A stretch of 63,749 nucleotides of DNA, counting the filler, from Licmophora abbreviata (Eukaryota): assembly GCA_900291995.1 (NCBI GenBank). It is 19 parts of 19 records of this genome, joined end to end, with 100 filler letters (N's around TTAATTAATTAA, not from the genome) between each part and the next. Parts side by side here need not be neighbours in the genome. Positions count along the whole stretch, not along the records: positions 33,971 to 36,532 come from OLMU01000564.1; positions 36,633 to 42,120 come from OLMU01000565.1; positions 42,221 to 44,633 come from OLMU01000566.1; positions 44,734 to 47,613 come from OLMU01000567.1; positions 47,714 to 55,589 come from OLMU01000570.1; 14 more parts are not named here. The stretch is one strand, 5' to 3'. Below the pieces are notes generated by a model. The model was not told where the DNA came from and did no database searches. It saw only the letters and a list, made by a program, of their open reading frames with translations. Shown here piece by piece: positions 36,493-48,931 of the stretch; the stretch's first letter is position 1; each line of letters begins with the position of its first letter. The position numbers were made by a program, and so were the translations under genes.

Positions 36493-37236
36493 ACGAAAGA
36501 CGGTCGATAATGTGAAGAAGCACGCGAGTACTNNNNNNNNNNNNNNNNNNNNNNNNNNNNNNNNNNNNNNNNNNNNTTAATTAATTAANNNNNNNNNNNN
36601 NNNNNNNNNNNNNNNNNNNNNNNNNNNNNNNNGTGAAGAAGCACGCGAGTGCTGTGTGCAGTGGAAGTAACGCAATGATACTAAAGGTGGGAAGATTTCA
36701 AGGTCCAAGATAGATGCAAGGATCGAGTAGACAGACTAACGTTTGTAGGACGGATCTTTGACCGAGTCTATCGTGTATGGCTTGTGCACATAGATTGCTT
36801 GCATCGCTCGCAATGCCGTCATCAGTGCAATCGGATCACCGCGAGGACCTAAATCGAAAGGTTGCTATCTCACTAGTTGAGGAAAGGGTCCTTGACTTGC
36901 ACGTTTGACGTCAGGCTTTAGGCTCTTTGCCAAAGCGTCTACATCTAAGCGATGCGGTATCAATGTGGATGGGTTGATTCTTGGTAGCCTACCGGTCGAA
37001 GAGTGTTGTGCTTTCGACGACATTCATAGCCACATTATGGTATTACGAGTACTCGTAGAGGGTCAAGGCGTGACTCCGACGACATGCGGACGCGAGGACG
37101 CATCATCGCATGCGATGCAACACACGAAATCGCACCACAAAATGGCCCAAAACCACAGACCGTCGCAGGAGCATGATTCGATTCATCTTGACTCTTTCTG
37201 ACCCTTCCGTCCCTTCACTGCACACTATGAACAAAC

Positions 37237-39008
37237 ATGTCCAACTATGAGAAGAATACAATTATAGAAGAAACTAGGGAGCCCGGGGCTCCTTGCGAGA
37301 CGAACGATCGGTCATCCTCCTGGTCCACGTCAGGTCAAGCAATCGGCGATGCTCCAAGCACCACACATAGCAGCAATAGCAGCAGCAATGGACTTGTGAT
37401 ACTGACCGACAATGGAAAGGTCACTGCAGGCAATAACGTGTATGTTTCCATGGAGGGCTCTGAACTGACGAGCGTCGAAATGGTTCCGATGGAAGGTCTG
37501 TCGAGAAGGCGGCGGCGACGAGGCGACGACACGGAACACGACGAGCCAGAAAGACCCTCCAATGAAAAGCTCCTGGTGCGTAGAGTTCTTCTGTCGAGAC
37601 TCTTTTGATGACTTCGTGAACGGGCCTTCTTCTCATCTTTATTTTGCCTTTCTCTTTCTCTCTGAACAGTCCACCGCATTCATTTCATTCATGGGCTTCA
37701 CCATGGTCCAGACAGTCGCTGCCTTTATTGCCGGCTCCGAAGCCATGCTGGGAGACTCGGCCGCCATGTTTGTCGACGCACTGACTTACTTATTTAATCT
37801 TGTCGCGGAACGACGAAAGAGTCGCTTTGATGACTTGTGGGAGGGAACGACGGAAACGAATCCTGTACGGCGCAAACGAATCAAACGACGCGCCAAGCGG
37901 AAAATGACGCTGCACATGGAACTGATACCGCCCTTGGTATCCGTAGCCACCTTGTTGATTGTCACTGCCTTTGTGAGTCACAAAGCTATATTGATATTAA
38001 TACTCGACTCCCATCGATCCAGAGCGAAGCAGGCCAGGCCGAATGTCAACTTAATGCTCTCCTTCTCTTTGATGAATCTATTTTTGGACGGACTGAATGT
38101 CTTTTGTTTTGCCAGAGCGAAGCGACTGCTGGGATACGAAACGACCGTGGATCATACGACGCATGGGCATCATCATGGTGGTGGTAGTGGCGATGAAGTT
38201 TCGATACATGATGGGGACTCTCCGGATCTCCACCCGCGAAGACCACGAAATTACGAGTACTTGGACGCGAGCGATCGGGCTATTGTGCTGGAAGGGGCTG
38301 ACGAAGAAGGAGGAGGCCTCTCGTTGCGAGAGCAAATGGAGCTTATCCGGGAAGCAAACGTAGAGAATGTTGGCCTTAATGAGGTGAATGGACATGGGGG
38401 AGGTGGGTGGCGCGAGTCCGCCGAGGCGGCTGTAGGTCAAATCGATACCGAACCGAAAACTATGGCACGCAATGGAGACCACCGCGGGAATGGCCTCGTG
38501 TTGGAAGTGCAAGAACCATCGGACATTCCGTCTTTCAATCGAGAACGTTGCCGTGATATTCCAAATGGGTCGTCGACGGCCGTTTCCTTGGAGACTAGTG
38601 ACCAGTCAACCATTAGCGATCACGACCAAACGAATCTCAACATGTGCTCCGCCTATACAGTGAGTTAATCCCGCGAGCCGTCAAACTCGCTTTGGTTATG
38701 ATGGCTGTCTCATATGCCCATTCTCACTTGTGCTCTTGTTATTTAAACAGCACGTCTTTGCGGACACGTTGCGTAGCATAGCGGTAGTGATCGCATCCTG
38801 TATTGCCAAGCTAGTGGATGGCGTGACGCCCGAAGTAGCCGATGCGACTGCCGCCGTTATTGTGTCGGCGCTCATCTTGCTAAGTCTATTGCCGCTGTTT
38901 CAGGGGCTGGTACATACATTTTCTGAATTGAAAGCAATACGAGCCGAAGAAGAGTCGGAGCGGATGTTTCCAAACGAAGCTATTCGGTCTTCCGCAGAAC
39001 TGACGTAG
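37237..39008 (+). CDS. Cation diffusion facilitator (cation efflux) family protein; introns 37576-37669, 38660-38750
   Basis: SEAMLGDSAAMFVDALTY, His-rich loop, NLNMCSAYT|HVFADTLRS, ADATAAVIVS. Confidence 0.87.
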
Positions 39009-39293
39009 TGCATTGCTCCTATTGAGTTCGTACAGAGAACACTAAAGTTGCTGCGCTGCAGCAGTCTGAACTCTCTGTCGCCTTGAAGCTATGCCAGACC
39101 TTGCGCAATTAAACAGAAAGGTATCGCAAATTCTAGATTATCTCAAACTAACTACTTCATAAGATGGAACAGGCGGCAAGCCGCTCCAACTAAACTTGAC
39201 GACACGGCATCTCACAACCCGACATATTATGATACAACCCTTGCTCTCGAAACTGTCAAATATCAATCCTACCTCTCTAGAGATTATTTTCGT

Positions 39294-40432
39294 TTACGCT
39301 TGATGATACTGTGCGTGATGTGCGTAAGGGTCATGGTGGTAGTGCTCGTGGTGCTGAGGATAGTGCACAGCGTGGGGGTCGTAGACATACGCGGAGGGTG
39401 GTGCCTGCGGGGGAAGTGCCGCCTGGTTGGCCGTGTACGTTTGCATCTCCAGCTGAAAGCGAACCTTGTCGTTGGCCGCCATATCTTCGTAGCTCTTCTT
39501 TTCCTCTGGCAGCAATGCCCTCCAACGCTCTCCCATGACGCGTCCCATTTCGGTAAACTTGATTCCAGGAAACTCCTCCAGCACCTTGGGGCGCATGTCG
39601 CTCGTAAAAAAGACGTAGGCACCGGACGCACGCTTGGGAGCCGCTGGATCCTTCGGACCACGTTTGTTCTTTTTGCGAGGACGGTGGTCCTCAATCATGA
39701 CACCGCGGGCATCGTGTCCCGGCGGCGGAACGTAGCGCGAGATCTCCGAGTCGTAGCGAGCCTTGTCCTCGGCGGCGCGAGCATCCCACGTGGCCTTTTC
39801 TTCTGGCGTGAGGTTCTTGTACATGTGCGACGTGTACTTGGCGAGCTGACCAAAGGTCATGCCTGAGAGAGAGAGAGAGATGGACAGACGGGGTAGTTTG
39901 TTTGAGAAGGATACCAGTAGAGCGATTTCAAACAACGGTGACTGACTTGACTCCAATTTCATACAACACCATCAGTCTTACCGGGATTTTCACGCTTGAA
40001 TTGTTCTCGCATGGCATTCTGGTATAAGAGATAGGCGCTCATGTTTTTCTTAGGAGCCAAAGGATCCTTATCAGGCTTTCCCTTGCGTCCACGAGCACCC
40101 GACGGAGGCAGGACGGCGTCTCCCTTGGCATCGTATCCCGGCGGAGGAATGTACGAGGACAGCTCATGAAGATAACGAGCCTTGTCGGCCTCGGCCCGTT
40201 GGATCCACGCGTGCTTCTCTTCCGGTGGCATTTCGGCATACATGGCAGACGTGTACTTGGCAAGCTGACCGAAGGTCATACCGGGATTGAGCGCCTTGAA
40301 TTGGTCTCTCATGGCATTCTGGTAGAGCAGATAGGCCGACATGTTGCGCTTCGGAGCGCCGGGGTCGCGAGGAGGTTTCTTTGCCATCTTGGTATCGACT
40401 GGCGCGGGAACTGGATACAGGTTCTGTGCCAT
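39294..40432 (-). CDS. Triple HMG-box protein; intron 39863-39981
   Basis: Three boxes starting DPGAPKRNMSAY, DPLAPKKNMSAY, DPAAPKRASGAY, each ending in a DKxR(Y/F) motif; His/Tyr-rich tail. Confidence 0.95.
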
Positions 40433-42274
40433 TGTAAGGAAGGGAACGCACGACGTGAGGACAGGAAAGAAAGTCGCAAGAAAAGTAAATGGAAGGAAGG
40501 AAGGAAGGAATCGCCATTGTGGTGGACACAGAACAGACGCGCTCATCACGAGCACCACGAAGATCGCCCGAAGAATCTTTTGACATCGCTTCACGTGAAA
40601 ATCTCGCTCCTACTGACTATACCGCCACCTCCCTCCATCGCCACACGACCGCACATGCTTCCTAGCGACCACATGGGGAGTAAAAAACGCTAGCAACCAT
40701 CGCGACTGCTACGACACACCTCCCGTCAAGCTTTTTTGCTTTTTTGGGCGCGGACTCTCGTCATTGGGAAGTTTTAAAAAACAGTGCGTCATGACCCTAA
40801 GTAGACACGTTCTCCAGATACTGGTAGAAGTCAACGTCGATTTTTCTACGACGAAGCCCAGCAGGGTCTTGAACGATGAGCCACGACAGCGTTGACCAAG
40901 TACCATCGGTCTACTTGCGTCGACTTTGGTACTGCGGCTTTTACTTTGATGCCATCCACGCAAGATGGATGACATAGTCGAAACGAAAATGGCGGCAAAC
41001 AGGCGCCCTGTCATGCGAAAAGCACTCACCGTCCTTTCGCAATTTCGCTCTCGCTGATGATGACGCTTCTTGGTGAAAGTGAGAAGTTGGCGTGCCCTGC
41101 GCCCTCGCTCACGTTCAAAACATACCAGGAGCTACGCAGTTCGCACATTCGGGAAGAATCTCAGGTTTCACAGATTAGGGATGGAGATCCTTCAACTTCA
41201 ATGAGAACCCAGCGCGGCAAATGAAAACGAAACTTCGCTTTTTTCTTCTACCGATATACTCTTGCGTGACACACGACCATGACTTCGGGCGCTGCACTGC
41301 CATCAATCGCAAGCGAGTCGTGTACGGGGACAGGCCGCTTGGAATCAGCTTTCGAACCCTGATGATGTCAAGAGTGAAACGACGGCAGTGGCACCACCGT
41401 ATGTCCTGAAACATTCAACATTGGGAGAGGTTGATTCGCTGGCTCGCTGGAGCACCTGAATCCTGATCCAGTGGATCGTTCAAGCAAAGAGGACAAGTCG
41501 CCGTCGGATGACGCCGAGGGCCGATTCGAAGAGCCTCATTTGCGACTCGATACGCAAAATCTGAGTCGGAAGACAACGAAAGTATCGATGTGACCGGAGC
41601 GTAGTAGTACCTTGGGCGTTGTGTTTCAAAACCTCCTCCACGTTTTCAGGGCTGGCGACTACTAGCGAAGACGACTCGCCACCAGTGACAATCTCAACTT
41701 CGCTGTCGTTTCCGTCATCGCTCGTCTTATCCATTCCGGCCATGACACGACTGCTTCTGTCGTAGTGGACAGCGGCGACACCATCACCGATGGAGCGCCG
41801 CCATTCGGCTCTAATTTGATCTTCTTCGACGTCGTTTCCTCCGCACCAGTGTTCATTATGCTACTAGAAGGCTGAGTTTCTTTTGAGGATGTGATGAAAG
41901 ACGAAAGAGTGTCTCGACAAGGTGGAAAACTCGACAGCGTCCCCTTGAACATGACCACTGTCGTCACGTCGTATCGAAATGGGAAATGCAATTTGGCAAA
42001 CTTTTTCATCTTCCCGAGAGACTGCCAGGACGACCGGTTACAGCTCGAAGGTTTAGAAGCGCTATGGTAATACAAACGCCACTCTACCAAGATGCGTTGT
42101 CTGTTTGAAGATACAAAGGCNNNNNNNNNNNNNNNNNNNNNNNNNNNNNNNNNNNNNNNNNNNNTTAATTAATTAANNNNNNNNNNNNNNNNNNNNNNNN
42201 NNNNNNNNNNNNNNNNNNNNTTCGTAATGGTACATAGACATCGAAAACTGCGTATTATCATATATTCACCGTAG

Positions 42275-44407
42275 CTAGCAAAAGGTCGATATTGATCCTC
42301 CCCCGCCCGGTGCAAAGCACCCATGCAGCCCATGTGGGATATGCGTCTTGATCCAGATTTTGCATACAGGTCCCTCTTTTAGTTTTCGTTTCAGGTCAAA
42401 GACTGCTAGAAATGACGTGCGTCGGACCGCATCGAACACCGTACCAAGTAGATACGCGTCGTCCTCATTGTTCAAGTCGCCGCCGTCCTTGGGCACTATC
42501 ATGGGCTCTTCTGCAAAGTAGCGACTTCCAAACCAGTAGACATCGACATCCGTATTCGCCTCTCCTTGCTTTAGTTCCACCGTACTTGCATCTTCAATGC
42601 CTATTCGTACGTATCCGTTGGGCGGCGACGAGTCGCCCACGACATTGGAAGCAACAGCATAGACATGCTGTGCTTGCTTCGTAGCGAACTGCGGGTGCAC
42701 GACGCAGTGCTCCAAACACACATTCGATGCACCCGGTGCAATGGATAAGTCCACACACGACTGTGCGGATGGATCAATCTCCAGACGCCATAGGAACGTC
42801 GGAGGAATCACAGAAAAATCAGGGCTAAATCCGCCCCAAGCTCCAAGGAAGTCCTTGGCATCGGAAGGCGGCCATCCTGAAAAGTACGATACCAACTTGT
42901 TGGTCGTGGGGTCGCGGTACCCATGCGAAAAGTGTATCGAAAAGTTGGGTGGTATGTCCACCATGAACGGCTCGAATTGCCCTTTCGCACACGGTCTTGG
43001 CAAGACGACTGCCCTGACGCTTGCGTGTCCATTCATGCTCAGACTCTCAGCGGGCCCTTTGGTCCCCAGCAGGAACGGCAGGCGATTCATTTCCAATGCA
43101 TTCAATAGCAAGACGATGCAATCTTCCATCATGGCCATGTCGTGAGGCGCCAGGGAGCAGTTCGGAATATTGTGCGTGGACCTTGCCACCACCTCAAACC
43201 CGTCGTCGCTCCATTCGGTCAGTGTTATCTCCAAAGACTCGTCGGGAACAATGGACGACCAGTGCCAACCGACCAAGTGGTTTGTGCGAGGACAGAGCTT
43301 GGGATGAGCCGTATGTGCAGCGCCACCCAAGAACGACGGTACCATGGACTCTGGAATGGCAGTGCTCAGATCGTCTCGCAGTTTGACGGCCATTTTCGAT
43401 TTGACAAGAGCGCCGCCCATGTCATCTTCACCCAGTGTTTCGAGCGTTTCTGGGTCGATACGATACGGCAGTCCCGCTTCGTACAGAGCCAATACTTTGC
43501 CTCCAAAGGATACGACATGCGTATTTGCTGTATTCTTGAGGCTGGTTCGAAAGGCATTCCCAGCGATTTTGGATAGCAATGGCGTTGTAGGCGGGTTCGC
43601 GTTGACGCCTTGGCGTGGCGAGTCTCCAAAGACAGTCTTGAGTCCTCGTGGTGCCGTTCCAAACGTCCCACGATATGCAAATTCATTAGCCTCACTTTCT
43701 TTCTGGAAAGCTGCCGTCTCTACAAATCGCGATTGAAATGTAATCTTGCGAGGAGTACCGTCCGTAGGGTGTTTGGGAAACTGGACGCGAAAAATTAATC
43801 CATCGCCATCCAACACGTGTTGCACTCGTTCGTCGTTGACTCCCATCTTTCCCGGCCCGTTCCGATACAAGTCACCTATCAAGTCCTCTGGAAGAGTACC
43901 CTCGACCATGTCTGGTGTAATCTCGTATTCCGCAAAGCCCGTCTGGGCATCAATGAGAGGTTCACCGCGGCCCGGTGTTTCATACGAGTACCAGGCGTGT
44001 CGCCAGTCCGACAGAATGAATAAACCACGACCCAGTTCCTCCTGAGATTCTTTGGGGTGCTTGTTGGAGGAAACACAGTCTTGAAGAATCGGAGAAAGCG
44101 GCTGCGGTGCGGGGTGTAGGTACGTTGAGCCGACCGAATCGTACGGGTCGGCACTGTCGAGCGCGCGTGGTGAACGATCGTCCTCCGGGGGGATAGGAGG
44201 ACCACTGCGTCCTGTTGCAGCCGCTTTCTCCGGCGTAGTGGAAGAAGAAAACATCAACCCCCTTCCTTGAAGTGGGTTGAAACCCATGATTCGACGATTG
44301 CAAAGGTCAAGAGCGAAGGAATCCGCACGCTGCGACGCATTCAGTGCAACTGCAAGCAAAAGAAGCGCTCGTCCCGCTGCCCCAATCCCATCATAATATC
44401 TAAACAT
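42275..44407 (-). CDS. Carotenoid cleavage oxygenase (RPE65/ACO family), probably plastid-targeted
   Basis: GDLYRNGPG, HVLDGDG, KNTANT, four Fe-ligand-type His (TAHP, PHD, IHF, GLHG), EEPMIVP; leader ...RADS-FAL; start at ATG 44407 inferred. Confidence 0.92.
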   Translation of the reverse strand: MFRYYDGIGAAGRALLLLAVALNASQRADSFALDLCNRRIMGFNPLQGRGLMFSSSTTPEKAAATGRSGPPIPPEDDRSPRALDSADPYDSVGSTYLHPAPQPLSPILQDCVSSNKHPKESQEELGRGLFILSDWRHAWYSYETPGRGEPLIDAQTGFAEYEITPDMVEGTLPEDLIGDLYRNGPGKMGVNDERVQHVLDGDGLIFRVQFPKHPTDGTPRKITFQSRFVETAAFQKESEANEFAYRGTFGTAPRGLKTVFGDSPRQGVNANPPTTPLLSKIAGNAFRTSLKNTANTHVVSFGGKVLALYEAGLPYRIDPETLETLGEDDMGGALVKSKMAVKLRDDLSTAIPESMVPSFLGGAAHTAHPKLCPRTNHLVGWHWSSIVPDESLEITLTEWSDDGFEVVARSTHNIPNCSLAPHDMAMMEDCIVLLLNALEMNRLPFLLGTKGPAESLSMNGHASVRAVVLPRPCAKGQFEPFMVDIPPNFSIHFSHGYRDPTTNKLVSYFSGWPPSDAKDFLGAWGGFSPDFSVIPPTFLWRLEIDPSAQSCVDLSIAPGASNVCLEHCVVHPQFATKQAQHVYAVASNVVGDSSPPNGYVRIGIEDASTVELKQGEANTDVDVYWFGSRYFAEEPMIVPKDGGDLNNEDDAYLLGTVFDAVRRTSFLAVFDLKRKLKEGPVCKIWIKTHIPHGLHGCFAPGGGGSISTFC

Positions 44408-45053
44408 GCCGCCAGCGACCAGAAACTTTAGCAAGCGTGAGCCTCTGAACGAAAGATCCTTCAACGAACGTCCGTATGATGGACTCACATGGTCCAGCGC
44501 AGACGAAAGAACCGGAGCATACAAAATTTGAAATGTACGGTGCACATAGCATGCACCTGCGGGCTGACTTGCAATGTACCAAAATCAAAGTATTTCTCGT
44601 AGGACTTCAGTAGGAATTTGAGTTTGAAGAAACNNNNNNNNNNNNNNNNNNNNNNNNNNNNNNNNNNNNNNNNNNNNTTAATTAATTAANNNNNNNNNNN
44701 NNNNNNNNNNNNNNNNNNNNNNNNNNNNNNNNNGACCTTTTAGCTAGATTTGCTGCAATTTGATTAGATTTGGTGGTTCTGAATACTTAGGAGTTTCAGT
44801 GAGTAGTAGCTCGTATACCTATCTCGACAGAACGGCCGCGACCATCGTCTGCCTCATCAAGTGACCGCTGACGTTACGGGACTCCACGACAGGTAGTGAC
44901 GATGCACGTGTCCATTTATGTAACATCCGCACCATGCGGAGAGAGGACAGCTCATACGAGTCCCGAGCTTACGCGATAAAGACGCGTTCAGCTCAGCTAT
45001 TCCTTTCTGTCACAATAACAACTGACATATATGGAAATAAGTCGGTGATCGAT

Positions 45054-46247
45054 TTAATGAATCGCTCTCCTTCGAAGAAAAAGTATGACCACAACGACAA
45101 GACAAGAGGATGAAAGGATAAGCAGCCACCGCGACGGCGAGTTCTCTGTGGAGAAATTCAGCGCGTGCATGTCAAACATGACGCAAAAGAGGAAAACTGC
45201 AGCCTCGTCCGTTGGAGGACCATCCATGCAGCCGTGAGTGTCTGGAACGCGAGTGATCCAAGGGTTATCTGCCCCAAACCACCAGCCAATATCACGCACT
45301 TGAGCTCGCAATAGCTGGTACGACAAGTTATCGAAATCGTCCCAAGAGGCGAGAGTCTCCGGAACGCGAGTTTTCAGTATGTCGCCGTACTGACTGAAGG
45401 CAATGTAGTCAAGCGAACTCATATTTGAGAGTCCCAAGAATTTGTCAAACACGTGGAGTGGGTCGTCCAAGAGATGAGGCCAAAAGCTGAAATACGTTCG
45501 AAACGAGCCTCCGTATTCCATCAGAGCAAGATTGTCGTCACAATTGGGAAGAAATACAGTGTCATTGGACAACGGGACACGATAGAAAGGGCCATGAGAT
45601 TTTGCACTTCCGTGACACGTTGGAAGTGGGCCTTTGTCGACTGGTAGTGGAAGCGAAGTTCCGAAGTCTTCGATTGCAATAGGTGAATCCCGTGCCAAGG
45701 CTCCTTCAGATAGCTGCTTGCCTCGATGGAGGATAACTTTCGTCAACTGGTTTTGGTACTTGCAAGCCAGTGCTTCAAAAATTCGTCGAAGACGCGAGTT
45801 CCCAAAGAGACCGACGTGCTTGTTCTGCAGTAGCACCGCTCCTGGACCACCGTGGTCATCTACCACCTTTCCAATATCACAGAGTGTCTCAGTATCGTTG
45901 GGATCTGACTGTAAGACAAGTTTCCACTCGTATGCTTTTGGTTGCATCGTTTTGTTGGTGGCGCAATTGTACCGGGGTTTCATGATGAAGCAAGTGTGAT
46001 CATAGGAAGGCTCACGACCTGGCACGTGAATGTATCGACCCTTGGAAAGGTCCAATGTGGTACCTTTGTTAATAATATACGCTCGGCAGGCGTTTGGAAG
46101 GAATCTGTCAAGGTAGGCGGAGTTTTCGGATACTGGCGTTGTCTTGGTGGCGTCGAAGTAGAGCAAGAAATAGATTGAGACCAGAGCCGTCAATAGCACT
46201 GCAGCGACTACGGTCATGGCCCTTGACGACACCAGACATTCTCCCAT
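45054..46247 (-). CDS. Membrane-anchored SGNH/PC-esterase (TBL/Cas1p-like) domain protein, putative
   Basis: N-terminal TM, Cys-rich region (YNC), FGNSRLRRIFEALAC (GDS-like), DTHGC (His-containing C-terminal motif), C-terminal TM. Confidence 0.5.
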   Translation of the reverse strand: MGECLVSSRAMTVVAAVLLTALVSIYFLLYFDATKTTPVSENSAYLDRFLPNACRAYIINKGTTLDLSKGRYIHVPGREPSYDHTCFIMKPRYNCATNKTMQPKAYEWKLVLQSDPNDTETLCDIGKVVDDHGGPGAVLLQNKHVGLFGNSRLRRIFEALACKYQNQLTKVILHRGKQLSEGALARDSPIAIEDFGTSLPLPVDKGPLPTCHGSAKSHGPFYRVPLSNDTVFLPNCDDNLALMEYGGSFRTYFSFWPHLLDDPLHVFDKFLGLSNMSSLDYIAFSQYGDILKTRVPETLASWDDFDNLSYQLLRAQVRDIGWWFGADNPWITRVPDTHGCMDGPPTDEAAVFLFCVMFDMHALNFSTENSPSRWLLILSSSCLVVVVILFLRRRAIH

Positions 46248-46604
46248 GTCTCTAGGGCAGTGTGTTATCTGCCGGTTCTGTGCCGGGACAGGCTGGTGGA
46301 TCGATACGGTATGTCAGTCTTAGACCCTCTCGTCTCTCAATCAGCTCTCATCTCGTCGTCCTCGCGTCTCATCATTGCAATGATTGTTATCATCAATCTC
46401 GTGCCTCGACTCGATACACTCGACTCAAAACACGTGACCAGACACTCGTGTTTGATTCGTGACCAACCCGTGCTCATTGCGGACGGTTCCAAATTCAATA
46501 TGACCGCAGGCTCATCTTTGTAGTTCCCGTTCGTCGCAATTGAATTGGCGGCCTTGCCTCCTCAATCGTTGGTAGGCATAGTGACCTCCGAACCGTAGAA
46601 GAGA

Positions 46605-48931
46605 ATGGCCATGCACCAACGTCGCCATCCAAATGAGGCACCGGACAATCCGTTTGCGCGAGGCGGTCGTCGAATGACCTACACCGGAGATGCAAGGTAC
46701 GGACCGCAGCAGGTAAAGTACAAGAGCGGCCGTTCGGCTTTGACCAAATCCATTCTTGTAGGAGCGGTCCTGATTATTGCGTATGGCACATACTCCTGGG
46801 CTTCCACCCCGCAATCCACGAGCCGATTGTCGGAATTGGGATCTAAGACGAAAGTACCAGCACGGTCATTGCCTTCCAATTTCAAGACCCAAAAATCCAG
46901 TCTGCAGGGGAAGGACTTGTCCTCGAAGAAGAAATCTAACGTAGACTTGACGGAGACCTCAGACATCACCTACGAAGAAAACAAGGGCGGATCCTTGCCG
47001 TATCACGTTGCGAGCGAAGACGCGAGTGAGATGCCTGAACTGCCCGTAGGCGTGGAAAGTTCGGAGGAGCATATCGAACCTAATAGGCATTCTGAGGAAA
47101 CAGGAGAGGCTGAGCATGATGCGACAGAAAGTGCACAAGAAAAAGAAAGCGAGAACGAGGAGTCAGCGACTGGGGAGGAACTTGGCACCGGAAACGACGC
47201 AGGGCAGCAGCGCTCGAAAGCGGAAGAAGAAGATGCGACACAGGAAACGGGCGCTGATCATGGCGGCATTGGAATTGCAGGAGTTGGAGGCGAACCTGTC
47301 ACCAATGCAGGCAAAGGCGGAGGATCTAAAACCCCCACCACAGATGCCAATAAGGATCATGAACTGGACGGAAGCGAACCTCGTAAGGAATCGGACGCCA
47401 CCGAAGATGCTGAAGGCAGTGAAAATAAGGAAATGGAGCATGCGTCGAAGGAGACACAGGCCACAGACTCTGGCGACGGCCATCAGGAGGAAAACAAGAT
47501 GCAACATGTTGAATCGGGTGCAGAAGCGACAAAGACATCGCGTGCCACTGAGCTTGTAACTGCGGGCGGTGAATCTACCAGCCTTGAGGGCGTCACGGCT
47601 CTGCCTGCACATGNNNNNNNNNNNNNNNNNNNNNNNNNNNNNNNNNNNNNNNNNNNNTTAATTAATTAANNNNNNNNNNNNNNNNNNNNNNNNNNNNNNN
47701 NNNNNNNNNNNNNGCCACGACAGTAGGCGAAGCAGAAACCCAAAAAGCTCCACACCCGGAAGGCAACTCAACGGCATCTGATGCTGCGACGTCGATTGGC
47801 GTTGACGTCGCGACAGATGGGACAAGCGGTGCCGGGAAGGGACACTCTACAGCCACGAAGATTGGCGACGGGAAGCTGAACGTCACATCGAGCACTGAAG
47901 TTGAGTCTCAAGGCGGCAGTAGCATGGGACTCGGAAAGGAAACGCTTGGTCCTGTTGGAGACAACGAGCAGATGGCAGCTGATGGCGATACAGAAGGCGG
48001 CATCGATGCCGCGCCAACCTCCACGATGACAGCCGAGGTGGAAAAGGCTGCAACTGCCGCCGTCGACCGAATCGAGGAAAAAGTTCCAGCCACGGATACC
48101 GTGGAAGATCCTCAGTCGTCCACCAAGGAAGAGAAGGTCGCGGGGGAGACGGGCACAGGCTTGACGAAAGAAAGTGCCGAGAGAACGCAAGCACCAAGTA
48201 CAGGTAGCACCGAAGAAGAAAAAGAGAATGTTGAGTCTGAGTATAAGGAGGAAACTGCTGCAACGAATCATATGGAGCCAGTAGCGAAGAAATCAAAGAC
48301 GGCGAAAGGCTCGGCAGCGATAGAAACGGCGGAAACAGCTGGGCCCGCCGCAACAGACTCCATGAATCCCGATCCCATTGTCAAGAAGTCGAAAAACAAG
48401 GCAACTCAAAAGATTGCCAAGGGCACTTCCAGTACTACGCGACTAGCCAAGACTGCGGAAAAGTCCAGCGAGAAAGCCGCTGTCACGATGACGAAGAAGA
48501 CGCCGTCGTTGTTAAGGGGTGGCGTATCCAAAGAGACACTAGTCAAGGAGACCGCTGCGGTCCTGCAACCAAAGGAAGAGTCGCATCACCATGAAGAAGA
48601 GAAGCACCACGAGGAGAAGTCACATCGCCACGATGCACACAAGCCCCACGAGGAGCATCACCATCAAGAGACCCACAAACACGACGAGGAGCATCATGTT
48701 CATCACGACGAACACCACCACGACCACCACGATGATAAAAAGTCGCCAGCCAAGACAAAGACGAGTACTGCAGGTACAACAGCAACCAAACACAAATCCG
48801 AAGATGAAAAGGTTGGTGCAGTGTTAGAAGCAGCGTCGTCTCATGTCAAGACGACGTCGCACACGGGAACAGCAGGCAACACGAAGAAGAAGATCAAGAA
48901 GAAAACGACAAAGCTGCTCCGAACTAAATAA
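46605..48931 (+). CDS. Type II membrane protein with long acidic low-complexity ectodomain and His-rich/Lys-rich C-terminus; spacer 47614-47713
   Basis: Single TM (SILVGAVLIIAYGTYSWA), then E/S/T/G-rich; open frame resumes at 47714 in the frame of ORF 47924; His-rich block ~48577-48735. Confidence 0.7.

Noticed and set aside
39865..39879. (GA)n microsatellite
   Set aside because: Explained as the polypyrimidine tract of the HMG-box intron acceptor
40709..42120. Broken minus-strand frames (MNTGAEETTSKKIKLE..., a GTGAGT donor near 41029, DRWYLVNAVVAHR)
   Set aside because: May be a decayed gene, but no recognisable family or consistent model
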